From: a bacterium
GTDB lineage: Bacteria; Zixibacteria; MSB-5A5; GN15; FEB-12
Length of the DNA stretch: 64,000 nucleotides
Assembly: GCA_020444475.1 (NCBI GenBank)
Contig: JAHLKV010000004.1
Coordinates: 84,304-148,303 of the forward strand
Direction of reading: 5' to 3'
Position 1 is the first letter of the stretch. Every line of letters starts with the position of its first letter. This document shows, piece after piece, positions 47,932 to 58,862 of the stretch. The notes below the pieces were generated by a model. That model was given only the letters and a program-made list of their open reading frames with translations. It ran no database searches and was not told where the DNA came from. The position numbers and the translations under genes are program-made.

Positions 47932-48447
47932 GTGAGCGAACGCGAGCGACAGGACAATTCCCAGACCGAACTTCCGCTGGCCGCTTCGGCCGACACCACA
48001 CCGACCGACGGAGAGGACACCGGAGAAGTGCTGGAGTGGGTTTCCCACCCGGTGAAGCGGCGGCCGTGGGTTTCGGCCGGGGTCACGGTGTTTATTGTCG
48101 CTTGCTGTGCGATTACGTACGCTTCCACCAACTCGACGTGGTTTGCCGGGCTGGCGCTGGCCATTCTGATCGGATCGCTGGCCAAGTTCTACTTTCCCAC
48201 TCGGTATCGACTGAGCTCCAGGGGCGTGACGATCAAGACTACCACGCAGACTCTGACGAAGGAATGGAAGGTGTATCGGAGCTGTTATCCCGACCGTAAC
48301 GGTATACTGCTTTCGCCGTTTGAGGAGCCGTCGCGACTGGAGAACTTCCGCGGGCTTTATCTGATTTTCAACAACAACGCCGACGACGTGACTTCGTTCG
48401 TGCGACGTCATATAGCCTCCGATGACGCAAGTGGAGCCGGAACATGA
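47932..48447 (+). CDS. Membrane protein with acidic N-terminus, 2 TM helices and a C-terminal bPH-like domain (hypothetical)
   Basis: 171 aa. The stop overlaps the start of the next ORF in an ATGA motif. Confidence 0.45.
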   Translation: MSERERQDNSQTELPLAASADTTPTDGEDTGEVLEWVSHPVKRRPWVSAGVTVFIVACCAITYASTNSTWFAGLALAILIGSLAKFYFPTRYRLSSRGVTIKTTTQTLTKEWKVYRSCYPDRNGILLSPFEEPSRLENFRGLYLIFNNNADDVTSFVRRHIASDDASGAGT

Positions 48448-48947
48448 ATCTGTTCGGCCGTTCCATGCAGCTGCCCGATCCCGAGGAGAACCCGCTACCC
48501 GAGGAACAGGAGGCAGTCCTCGAGAAGCTCGCCCACCAGGTCGTCAAGCGCGGCATGACCGTGCCGGCGATTGTCTTTCTCGAATCGATCAAACCGCTCA
48601 ACTACATCGGCTCGCAGGCGATGGTGTTTTTCGAACCGATCATTCAGACGGTCTTCAATTGGAAAGACTACGACGCCCTTCGGCTGGTTCTCGAGCGGCG
48701 GGAGTCGATTGAGATTCTGATTCAGAAAGTCGAAGCCGAGGATGCGGTGCGGCTGAAGAAGGAACGCGCCGTCAAGAAGTTCTACAAGGAACAGAAAAAA
48801 ACCTGGAAGTGGTATCAGCGCTGGCTTGGTATCGCACGGCCGCGCGTGGAGCTTCCCGACGAGATCAGGAACATGCCGGATCGCCCGGTCCCGGCCGCCG
48901 AGTTGCGCAAAAAGAAAGAGGACGACTCGGCCGAGTCGCCCTCGTAA
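48444..48947 (+). CDS. Hypothetical protein with charged K/E-rich C-terminus
   Basis: 167 aa, translationally coupled to the preceding gene. Confidence 0.45.
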   Translation: MNLFGRSMQLPDPEENPLPEEQEAVLEKLAHQVVKRGMTVPAIVFLESIKPLNYIGSQAMVFFEPIIQTVFNWKDYDALRLVLERRESIEILIQKVEAEDAVRLKKERAVKKFYKEQKKTWKWYQRWLGIARPRVELPDEIRNMPDRPVPAAELRKKKEDDSAESPS

Positions 48948-48974
48948 TCCCATTCAATCTCACTGCCATACGCG

Positions 48975-51261
<2,287 letters not shown>

Positions 51262-51462
51262 TACAGATGCTCCACTTAGAGCAATAAGATAGCATTTCGA
51301 CCCGCCAATTGCAAGCAAAAAACTCTATATAATCTATTGAAATACAGTAAGTTAGAGGCGATTTTCGGGGGTTGTTTTTCAACACGGTGGGGGTGCTGTT
51401 TGGCGTGTCAAACAGCACCCGATTTTTGCCGGTGGGGCGGCCTCAGCCGGTCCGGGAGATAA

Positions 51463-51494
51463 TGAAAAAGCCGGCAGTGCGTGCACTGCCGGCT
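51463..51494 (-). terminator. Rho-independent terminator after the DUF2807 gene
   Basis: On the minus strand the hairpin gccggcagtgcacgcactgccggc is followed by TTTTTCATT. Confidence 0.65.
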
Positions 51495-51556
51495 CCTGGC
51501 GGAAGGCCACCTGCTATCGGCTCGTTGCGGCCCTCGTGTCTCAATTCATTACATGA

Positions 51557-52249
51557 TCAGCGAGCTTTGATTCTACCGGAGCCGGACACATTGAAGCTGG
51601 TGCGCGCCGGGTTGCCGTAGTAGAAGATGTCGCCGCTGCCGCTGACGGAACCGTCGAAGTCCTCCGATGCAAACACGGCGATTTCGCCGGAGCCGGAGAT
51701 GCGGCAATAGGCCGACCTGGCTTTCAAGTCGCGCGCGTCGACATCACCCGATCCGGAGATCGACGCTTCCATCTCGTTGACTTCACCGTCGATCGTGATA
51801 CTTCCCGAACCGGAGAGCTTGCACTCGAAATAGTCACTCTTCAGTCGCTGTACCACGATATCACCCGAGCCGCTGGCAGTTACCCGTTCGAGCGTCGGTA
51901 CGGTGATGGTGATCCTGCAGTCGTGGTCGGAGCTGAAGGACTTGCGGGATTCGATACGAAGAGTCCCGCCGCGCACCTCGGTTTCGATCAGGTCTATCAG
52001 GTTGTCGTCGAACTCGATCTCCAGCGACGGTTCGGTTCCAACGGTGACATAGATATCCATCGATCCGGAGGAGCGGATACGGTCGAAGTCTTTGACTTCG
52101 CGGGTTTCGGTGGTAAGATCGCCGGAGCCACGGACGCCGCTGCCCCATTTGAACCAGTCACCGGCCTGGACGGCGCTCAGCGGTATAAGCAGTGCCACCG
52201 TCATCAAAAGCACATTGCGAGCTACACGGAGCATGATTCTCTCCCTCAC
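51557..52249 (-). CDS. DUF2807/DUF4097-type putative adhesin (beta-helical SGSG-repeat protein), secreted
   Basis: A signal peptide is present. Repeated SGSGDI/SGSGSI motifs match the GIN/head-domain family. Confidence 0.6.
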   Translation of the reverse strand: MRERIMLRVARNVLLMTVALLIPLSAVQAGDWFKWGSGVRGSGDLTTETREVKDFDRIRSSGSMDIYVTVGTEPSLEIEFDDNLIDLIETEVRGGTLRIESRKSFSSDHDCRITITVPTLERVTASGSGDIVVQRLKSDYFECKLSGSGSITIDGEVNEMEASISGSGDVDARDLKARSAYCRISGSGEIAVFASEDFDGSVSGSGDIFYYGNPARTSFNVSGSGRIKAR

Positions 52250-52316
52250 ATGTTGATAGTCGTTGGTAGTACTATTTCGCTAGTACGAGAGAATCGGCGG
52301 CGAGGTTGCACTTCGA

Positions 52317-52772
52317 TCAGGTGGAGCGTCGGGTCACATAGTCCACCGTTTTGAGTTTCTTGCGATTGGGATGTTTGGAAGAGGGGATGAAGAAGTCCGG
52401 ACCTTCGCGTCGACGCATGCGTATCGTATAATCCTGACAGCCCTGACAGCGGCGGATATTGCCGAGGGCGTCTTTTTTGATTCGCCGGAAGCGGCGATGG
52501 GTCGGGGCATAGATTTGCTGGTCGACAATATCGTATCCCTGCGAAGGATCGTCATCGTTGTGCCAGTGGACGCCTTTGGAGACGGTGATGCCGTCCTCGT
52601 CGTAGAGCGTCGCGCCGGGGCATTCTATGACGACATACTCGTTGTTGTCATCGCCTCCGAGGAAGACCTGAAGTTCCGAGATATCCGATGAGTTGCAATG
52701 GGGGCAGAGGCTGACGGTTCCGACCGTAACGAGCTCGGCCTGGCAGTTGGTGCAGTGTTTCGTGTCCGGCAT
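52317..52772 (-). CDS. Double zinc-ribbon hypothetical protein
   Basis: 151 aa from the Met at 52772. An N-terminal CTNCQ...CPHC motif and a C-terminal CQGCQD motif are present. Confidence 0.4.
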   Translation of the reverse strand: MPDTKHCTNCQAELVTVGTVSLCPHCNSSDISELQVFLGGDDNNEYVVIECPGATLYDEDGITVSKGVHWHNDDDPSQGYDIVDQQIYAPTHRRFRRIKKDALGNIRRCQGCQDYTIRMRRREGPDFFIPSSKHPNRKKLKTVDYVTRRST

Positions 52773-53004
52773 CGGCGCCTCCTTCGACTTCGCAGTCAAG
52801 GCGTGTTTAACGAAGGATTTTTCCCGCGGCAGTCCGTGGGTGTTTCTGTCTGATGCTGCGCAACAGTGCAAGTCGATTGCCGATCGTCGCGAGGGAGGGG
52901 CAATTGGCTGTGCCGTAACGGTTTGAATGGTTGCCAGTGGTGCCTTGCATCTTGAGATTTGGCCCTGAAACTAGTGACCGGAGTCTATAGTGGGGGGGAT
53001 GTCC

Positions 53005-53340
53005 CTATCCCTTGAAGAGCAGTATGAGCGAGCAGATGGTGACCGTTACCGGCAACGTCACGGCGAAGTTGAGGCCCATGAAATACGAAGCCAGTCCAGC
53101 CAGAACGACCGACGGTACCACGAGGTACTTCAGGGCGTTAAAACTGACCCTGGCCAGTCGAGAAAGGAGAACCAGGAGAAGGACTCCGCCGGCGATGTAG
53201 GCCGCCAGAAGACCGTTCTCGCCGAAGTGCTGGACGATCCAGTGCCTGGCCTCGCCGAGGATGCCGTTGTATTCCCCGGCCTTGACAGCGGCCTTGTCGG
53301 CGAACTCCTTCGCCTGGGCTATCAACTCCGGGTTAAACAT
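53005..53340 (-). CDS. Small membrane protein (hypothetical, 2 TM)
   Basis: 111 aa. The start overlaps the stop of the upstream ORF. Confidence 0.35.
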   Translation of the reverse strand: MFNPELIAQAKEFADKAAVKAGEYNGILGEARHWIVQHFGENGLLAAYIAGGVLLLVLLSRLARVSFNALKYLVVPSVVLAGLASYFMGLNFAVTLPVTVTICSLILLFKG

Positions 53341-53623
53341 AGTCGCCCTCTTCCAGCGGCTCGATAGTCAGGGAGGATTCACCTACCCGCATCAAACCTT
53401 CCATCCGAGTGGTCAGGAAGTTCTGGGTGGTTATCCAGCGGTGCGATATCTCGAGGATTTCGTCCTGAGCGAGATCATCGATCCAGTCGAGTACCAACTG
53501 GTCGATCTGTTGATCGTCGACTACGACGTCATCCATGGTGAGGACAAACTTAACCTTCATAGTCACCCGTCCTGTAAGCAGTTTCGTCTTCGCTGCCAGG
53601 ATGATTTGCAAGGGGAGTGCCAT
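53333..53623 (-). CDS. Small acidic hypothetical protein (possibly starting at the internal Met MKVKFVL at 53560)
   Basis: 96 aa and overlapping. The coding call is weak. Confidence 0.25.
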   Translation of the reverse strand: MALPLQIILAAKTKLLTGRVTMKVKFVLTMDDVVVDDQQIDQLVLDWIDDLAQDEILEISHRWITTQNFLTTRMEGLMRVGESSLTIEPLEEGDYV

Positions 53624-54319
53624 GCCGTGGGCAGGGGTGGAGCTATTCCGGTAAGTTGTTGTACAACAATGAATCAGGGTGAAGTTTGTAGTGCTAGTGA
53701 GCAGTCCGGAAAAGATTTCCCGGGGGTGGTGGAAGGCGGGAGTATAGGGAATTTCCCCCAGTGTATTGGCGACAAAAACACCCGACAGCGGCGATCCGCT
53801 GTCGGGCTATCGTTTTGCGCAATACCGGATCCGCTCTCGGTGAGTCTCGGAACGGATCTCTCCATCGGCTACCTCCCGTCATCCCTGAGAACGTTCGGCC
53901 ATGCCAGGAGCCACCATGGTCATTGCCACCACCCAAGCGCGCGTTGATCGGGTGGATTGTTCGGTCCCTGAAACCGCGGGCGTACCGATGTACGGCTGCC
54001 GACACTCCTGTCGGCTCGCCGCTACTGTTTGGTCTGTCTCTCTTCTTTTGGTCTTCCCGGACTCGACGGCCTTTATCCCTGTGGCCTGACGACCGGGAAC
54101 GTTTCACTCCATAGGCATTCCTCCAACCGTTGAACGTTGACGTACCACGCTCACGGCGAGGGAGGGTTGAGAGGTTTCAGGATGGGGAGTTACCCTGGGT
54201 CGGGTATCAATGCTACAGTCACTATCAGTATACTTCGACCGTGAATTCTGTCAAGGGAAAGTCAACGCAAACGCGTGGTCGTCACACAGTCGGCGCAGAT
54301 GTTGCGTGTGACGGCGTTC

Positions 54320-56959
54320 TCAGAAATCGAAACCGGCGTTGAAATAGAACTGATCGTTGTCATCTTCTGACCGACCATAGCCGAACTCTATGGGTCCCAG
54401 CGGGGAATTGTAGGCGGCGAACAAGCCGTAGCCATGTCGCAGGTTCTCGAGCTTGATTTGATCGACCGATGAGTAGACATCGCCAAAATCATAGCGGCCG
54501 GAGAGGTAGAGCTCCAGCGGCAGATTGACGCGCACCTCGCCGTTGAACAGAAACACCTTATCGCCCGACAGCTCATCGGTGTGATAGCCGGCGAACGAGC
54601 GAGCCCCCCCGATGTAGAATTTCTCCGGCGGCGGCATGCCGGTGCGCGAGAGTCCGATCGCGATTCGCGGGTGAATCGTGAAGGCCGTGCCCAACGTCCA
54701 GTAGCTTTCCAGCGACGAGTAGTACTTGGTGAACTCAACATCGCCGCCGAACACTCTACCGGTCAGCTGCAGGCGGAAGTGGTGTTGATTGCCCGATGTC
54801 GGGTAGGGGACGTGATCGAGATTCTCGACCCGTGATTCCAGCGTGATCGACCGGAGGCCCTGCCGGGCGCTGGTCCGGTCGACTTTGTCCCGCCACTCGA
54901 TTTCTTCGGTCGTCAGACCGGCAGTGACTGTTCCCAGACGCGCAATCTGCTGGCCGATCGAAAACTCCGCCCCCCAGCGTTCTTCTTCGCGTTCTCCCAA
55001 CTCCTTGCCTTCGGGCGAATAGCGCGAGCGATCGACTCGCTCATAGAAGAGACGGGTCTGGGCCGTCATGTAAGTGAAAAAGATCCGATCGAGTTTCCCT
55101 TTGATGTAGTACTGCCACCGGTCCTTGCCGATTCGGGCGTGCGCCAGGGCTTCCAGTCCGATCCCCGCGAGGTTGTCATCGCGCAATTCGAAGAACTCTT
55201 CGGATTGATATTCATCGACCCAGTGCCAGCCCAGTCGCAGCTGGGTATACTTTTTTTCCACGACCTGAATCTTGACGATTGCCCCCCCTCGGTAGGGAAC
55301 CAGGTCGATACCGACGCGATCGAACAAATCGGTACCGTAGAGGTTGGCGATTCCTTCGGCGGCTCCGGCCGTTGAGAACGGCTCTCCGGCTTTGAGCGGG
55401 AAGTACGATCGGATCAGCCAGTCGCGGCTCCGCGAGTTGTTCTCAATATCGATGCGCCGAATGATCGCTTCGTCGATCGACACCGTGACCGTCGCGGTGC
55501 GCATATCCACTTCGACGTTGCGGATATCCGCGAAGTCGTAACCGTCACGGCGGTAGAAGGCGAGGATGCTGTCCAGACCGGCGCGAATATCCAGTGCATT
55601 GATGGTCCGATCGGGGAGATGCATGGCTGCCGCCAGCACGGAGTCGTCATAGATGACGTTGTCCTGAAACACCAGGGTGAGGCTGTCGCGGGTTGGAGCC
55701 GGCTCGATATCGACATCGAGTGAGACCGCACTGACTGCGGTCGAGCTGTCGGTGAGGGGAGCATCGACAAGCTGCAGGTCGACCGCGTAGGCATCTGTTC
55801 GAGCATACAGATCGCGCGCGTAATCGATCAGCTCGCGGCGCCGCAGCCGATGTCGCGACAGCTCGGCGTGGATTTCGTCGGCGATACTGCGGTCGACCCC
55901 GCGGACTCGTACGTCGGTGATGTAGTACGTCACGGCGTTGTAGGCCCGCTCCCGTTCGGCGATGATGCTGTCGGCGGCTTCCAGTCCCTTCTTGTAGCCA
56001 AGGGCGATCAGGCTGTCCTTGTCCTTGAAGTCCGAGGCGCCGAAATCTTCGATGTCCGGCGTGACGACGTAGGAGGCGCGTGAGAGCTGCTCGCGAAGCT
56101 GATCCGCGGTCATGATCGTGGTCACCTGCCCGGCGATATCAACCGGGGTGTTCAGTTTGTCGCGTCCGGAGAGCGGGCTGGTGGTGTTGACGGCCACCAC
56201 GTACGAGACCGAATCGACCAGGGTCCGAGCCAGATCGACCGGGACCGGCGCCAGCATGCCGCCGTCCATCAGCAGGCGGCCATCGGTCTCGACACCGGTA
56301 AAGGCCAGCGGGAAGGCCATGGTAGCGCGAAGAGCGTCGGAGAGGGAGCCGTGGTCGAGCGGTACCAGTTCGCCGGAGATTACATCGGTGCCGACCGTTA
56401 TAAACGGGATGCGAAAGCGGCGGAAGTCGCGTTCGGCGAGGTAGTTCGCCTTGGTGGTCAGGCGGGTGAACAGCGAAGTGAGCTTCTGTCCGGCAGTGAG
56501 TCCCTGCGGAATGTACGGCTGGATGCCGTCGAATCGAATGGTGAGCAGGTGTCGGTCGCGGTCGGCGCGCCGTGTCTGGAACATGGTGGAGCGGGCCGGC
56601 TGATTGGAGAAGAGGCTGGAGAAGTCGATTTCGCCGACCAGCTCGGCCAGTTCATCGGGTGCGTAGCCGCACGCGTAGAGGCCGCCAACGATACCGCCCA
56701 TCGATGTTCCGGAGATTCCCCGTATCCTGAGATGCTTTTCTTCGAAGGCTTTCAGGATGCCGATCGCCGAGAGCCCGCGCGCGCCTCCTCCGGACAACGC
56801 CAGCAGGACGGGGTAGCCCGTGGAATCGTGATGGGGGTCAATTCCGTCGAGCCCGCCGATTCGGATGGTGTCGTCTGCGAAGGCCAGTGAGTGCAGCACC
56901 ACACAGCCCGCGAGAGCGACCAGAAGAGTTTTCGCTTGCAAAAGCAACCGATGCGTCAA
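54320..56959 (-). CDS. Patatin-like phospholipase fused to POTRA + Omp85/BamA-type beta-barrel (type Vd-secretion-like, PlpD-like)
   Basis: A signal peptide is present. The N-terminal patatin domain has G-x-S-x-G (GTSMGG) and an oxyanion GGGxRG (LSGGGARG). The C-terminal ~450 aa alternate in beta-barrel fashion and end in the YFNAGFDF terminal-Phe motif. Confidence 0.75.
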   Translation of the reverse strand: MTHRLLLQAKTLLVALAGCVVLHSLAFADDTIRIGGLDGIDPHHDSTGYPVLLALSGGGARGLSAIGILKAFEEKHLRIRGISGTSMGGIVGGLYACGYAPDELAELVGEIDFSSLFSNQPARSTMFQTRRADRDRHLLTIRFDGIQPYIPQGLTAGQKLTSLFTRLTTKANYLAERDFRRFRIPFITVGTDVISGELVPLDHGSLSDALRATMAFPLAFTGVETDGRLLMDGGMLAPVPVDLARTLVDSVSYVVAVNTTSPLSGRDKLNTPVDIAGQVTTIMTADQLREQLSRASYVVTPDIEDFGASDFKDKDSLIALGYKKGLEAADSIIAERERAYNAVTYYITDVRVRGVDRSIADEIHAELSRHRLRRRELIDYARDLYARTDAYAVDLQLVDAPLTDSSTAVSAVSLDVDIEPAPTRDSLTLVFQDNVIYDDSVLAAAMHLPDRTINALDIRAGLDSILAFYRRDGYDFADIRNVEVDMRTATVTVSIDEAIIRRIDIENNSRSRDWLIRSYFPLKAGEPFSTAGAAEGIANLYGTDLFDRVGIDLVPYRGGAIVKIQVVEKKYTQLRLGWHWVDEYQSEEFFELRDDNLAGIGLEALAHARIGKDRWQYYIKGKLDRIFFTYMTAQTRLFYERVDRSRYSPEGKELGEREEERWGAEFSIGQQIARLGTVTAGLTTEEIEWRDKVDRTSARQGLRSITLESRVENLDHVPYPTSGNQHHFRLQLTGRVFGGDVEFTKYYSSLESYWTLGTAFTIHPRIAIGLSRTGMPPPEKFYIGGARSFAGYHTDELSGDKVFLFNGEVRVNLPLELYLSGRYDFGDVYSSVDQIKLENLRHGYGLFAAYNSPLGPIEFGYGRSEDDNDQFYFNAGFDF

Positions 56960-56995
56960 AACATTACCACCATTACACGTGTGAAAGGCCCGCTA

Positions 56996-57798
56996 TGGCG
57001 ACCGTGGTCGGCAACGAACTCAAACATATCAAAACTCTTCTTACGAAAAAAGGACGAAAAGCGCACCGACAATTTGTCGCCGAGGGCGTTCGGGTCCTCG
57101 AGGAGGCGATTCGTCACGGCGCCCGGCCCGAGGTGGTGTACTGCGCGGATTCGATGTTGTCCGAGCGGGGAGGGGAAGTGGCCCAGTCGTTTGCGCTGGC
57201 CGGCGTTCCGGTCAAACGTTTGTCGGCCCGGCAGGAGAAGGGGATTGCCGATGCAGCCACCTCGCAGGGAATTCTGGCAGTCTTTGCCTCACCGGAGGGC
57301 ACGCCGGCCGAACTTTGCCGCCCGTCGATACGTAAGATCCTACTGTGCGAGAACATCGCCGATCCCGGCAATCTGGGTACGCTGATCCGTTCGGCGGCGG
57401 CGTTTGATTTTCCGCTGGTATGCCTGAGCGGCGCCTGCGCCGAGCCATACTCGCCGAAAGTGGTGCGGTCAACCGCCGGAGCGATTTTTGCGGTGAAGGT
57501 GGCGGTTGCAGACACCGACGAGATACACGCGTTGATACGGGGACGCTCGATGACGTTGATTGCGGCGGACGGCACGGGAGAGTCCGATCCGCCGGAACTG
57601 GCCGATATGGTGAATACCGGTACGAGCGTGCTGGCGATCGGTTCCGAAGCCGAGGGGCTTTCCGGGGACTGGCTGCACGCGGCGGACCTGGTGGTCCGAC
57701 TGGAGCACGAGCCGGCGGTGGAGTCGCTGAACGCCGCCATTGCCGGATCGATACTGATGAAACGGATATATGACCTGACACACGAAGGGACGTCATGA
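56996..57798 (+). CDS. TrmH/SpoU family RNA 2'-O-methyltransferase (RlmB-like)
   Basis: The SpoU methylase motifs are ILLCENIADPGNLGTLIRSAAAFDF...NAAIAGSILM. The start is chosen at the Met at 56996. The tracked ORF begins at 56887. Confidence 0.75.
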
Positions 57799-58862
57799 CA
57801 CGAATTCGTCTCCATCTCTCGCTGGTCCTTGTCGCCCTGCTCGTGAGCGGCGCGGCGGTTGAGGCGCAGGACATTTTCGAGATCGAGCGCGGTTCGTTCG
57901 CTACTCCGGAGCTTCGGATTTCCAAAGCGATGGGTCAGCGGCGGCGGGTGCAGGTCCGCTCCACGGACAATCTCACCGGTCGCTTGCGGATCGAGACCGG
58001 GGCCGCGGCCAATGTTATCGCCACCTACACCAAGCAGGCGCGGACCGAAAGTCGGTCGCGAGCGTTTGATTACATCGACGTCATCTCGGTGACGATTGAC
58101 GTGCTGCCGGACTACGTCCGGGTCGATCTTCGGGCGCCCAATCCGGCGCCGTGGACGGACAATGTCGAGTCCGGGCAGGTTGATATTCGACTGACCCTGC
58201 CGGTGGACTGCGAAGTGCGAGTCGAAGCGGCCTACTTCGATATCGAGGCGGTCGGTCCATTCGCCGAGCTGCTGGTACCGTCGTCTTACGGACGTCTGGA
58301 TGTCAGCGGTGTGAACCGGAAGCTCGAGCTGGGAACGAAAAACCAGCGTGTGACGGTGAGCGACGTAGCTGGTGACATCGCCGTGTCGACGACCAATGCC
58401 CTGCTAAGTGCGACCGGTGTGAAGTCCGGTGATATGACCGCCCGCTTCAACAACGATGGGGGGGAGATCCGCATCGACGACGTTCAGGGGCAGATCAACG
58501 TCAGGAACAACTTCGGCCGCATCGACATCGCGGGATTCACCGCCTCCGGCGAGAGTAGTTTCATCAGAGGAAGTTCGGAGCCGATCACGATTCAGGTTCT
58601 GGCGATGCCGGTCGGGCAGCTGGTGGTGAGCAATCGGTATGATGATATCGAGCTTCTGCTGCCGGCCGATATTTCGGCGTATTTCTCACTCTCCGTGGAA
58701 GACAACAGCATAATCGAAGCGGTGGGCATTCCGTTCTGGCCGGATCTGGTTAAGCCGAACCGACTGGCGTTTCGCTCCGGGAATGCCGATGTCAGTATCA
58801 GTGGCTCGGTACGCGGCAAGGGAAATATCTATGTGCGGGGGACAGGAAAGGACGATCAATGA
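57795..58862 (+). CDS. DUF4097-like beta-repeat protein (putative adhesin), secreted
   Basis: A signal peptide is present. Repeated beta-strand modules of ~20 aa end in D-I/V residues. The start has a 4-nt overlap with the upstream gene. Confidence 0.5.
   Translation: MTRIRLHLSLVLVALLVSGAAVEAQDIFEIERGSFATPELRISKAMGQRRRVQVRSTDNLTGRLRIETGAAANVIATYTKQARTESRSRAFDYIDVISVTIDVLPDYVRVDLRAPNPAPWTDNVESGQVDIRLTLPVDCEVRVEAAYFDIEAVGPFAELLVPSSYGRLDVSGVNRKLELGTKNQRVTVSDVAGDIAVSTTNALLSATGVKSGDMTARFNNDGGEIRIDDVQGQINVRNNFGRIDIAGFTASGESSFIRGSSEPITIQVLAMPVGQLVVSNRYDDIELLLPADISAYFSLSVEDNSIIEAVGIPFWPDLVKPNRLAFRSGNADVSISGSVRGKGNIYVRGTGKDDQ

Noticed and set aside
53694-54107. 137-aa minus-strand ORF and overlapping 117-aa plus ORF
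   Set aside because: They are extremely Arg/Gly/Pro-rich, a GC-driven artefact. They have no start context and overlap each other.
53624-54319. A housekeeping ncRNA (RNase P RNA, tmRNA, SRP RNA or 6S) in the long non-coding gap
   Set aside because: None of the conserved motifs was found on either strand. The missing motifs include the RNase P P4 sequence AGGAAAGTCCGGGCTCC, the tmRNA tag and 3' end GGTTCGA.TCC...CCA, and the SRP sequence GGAAGCAGCCA. Only a generic hairpin is present.
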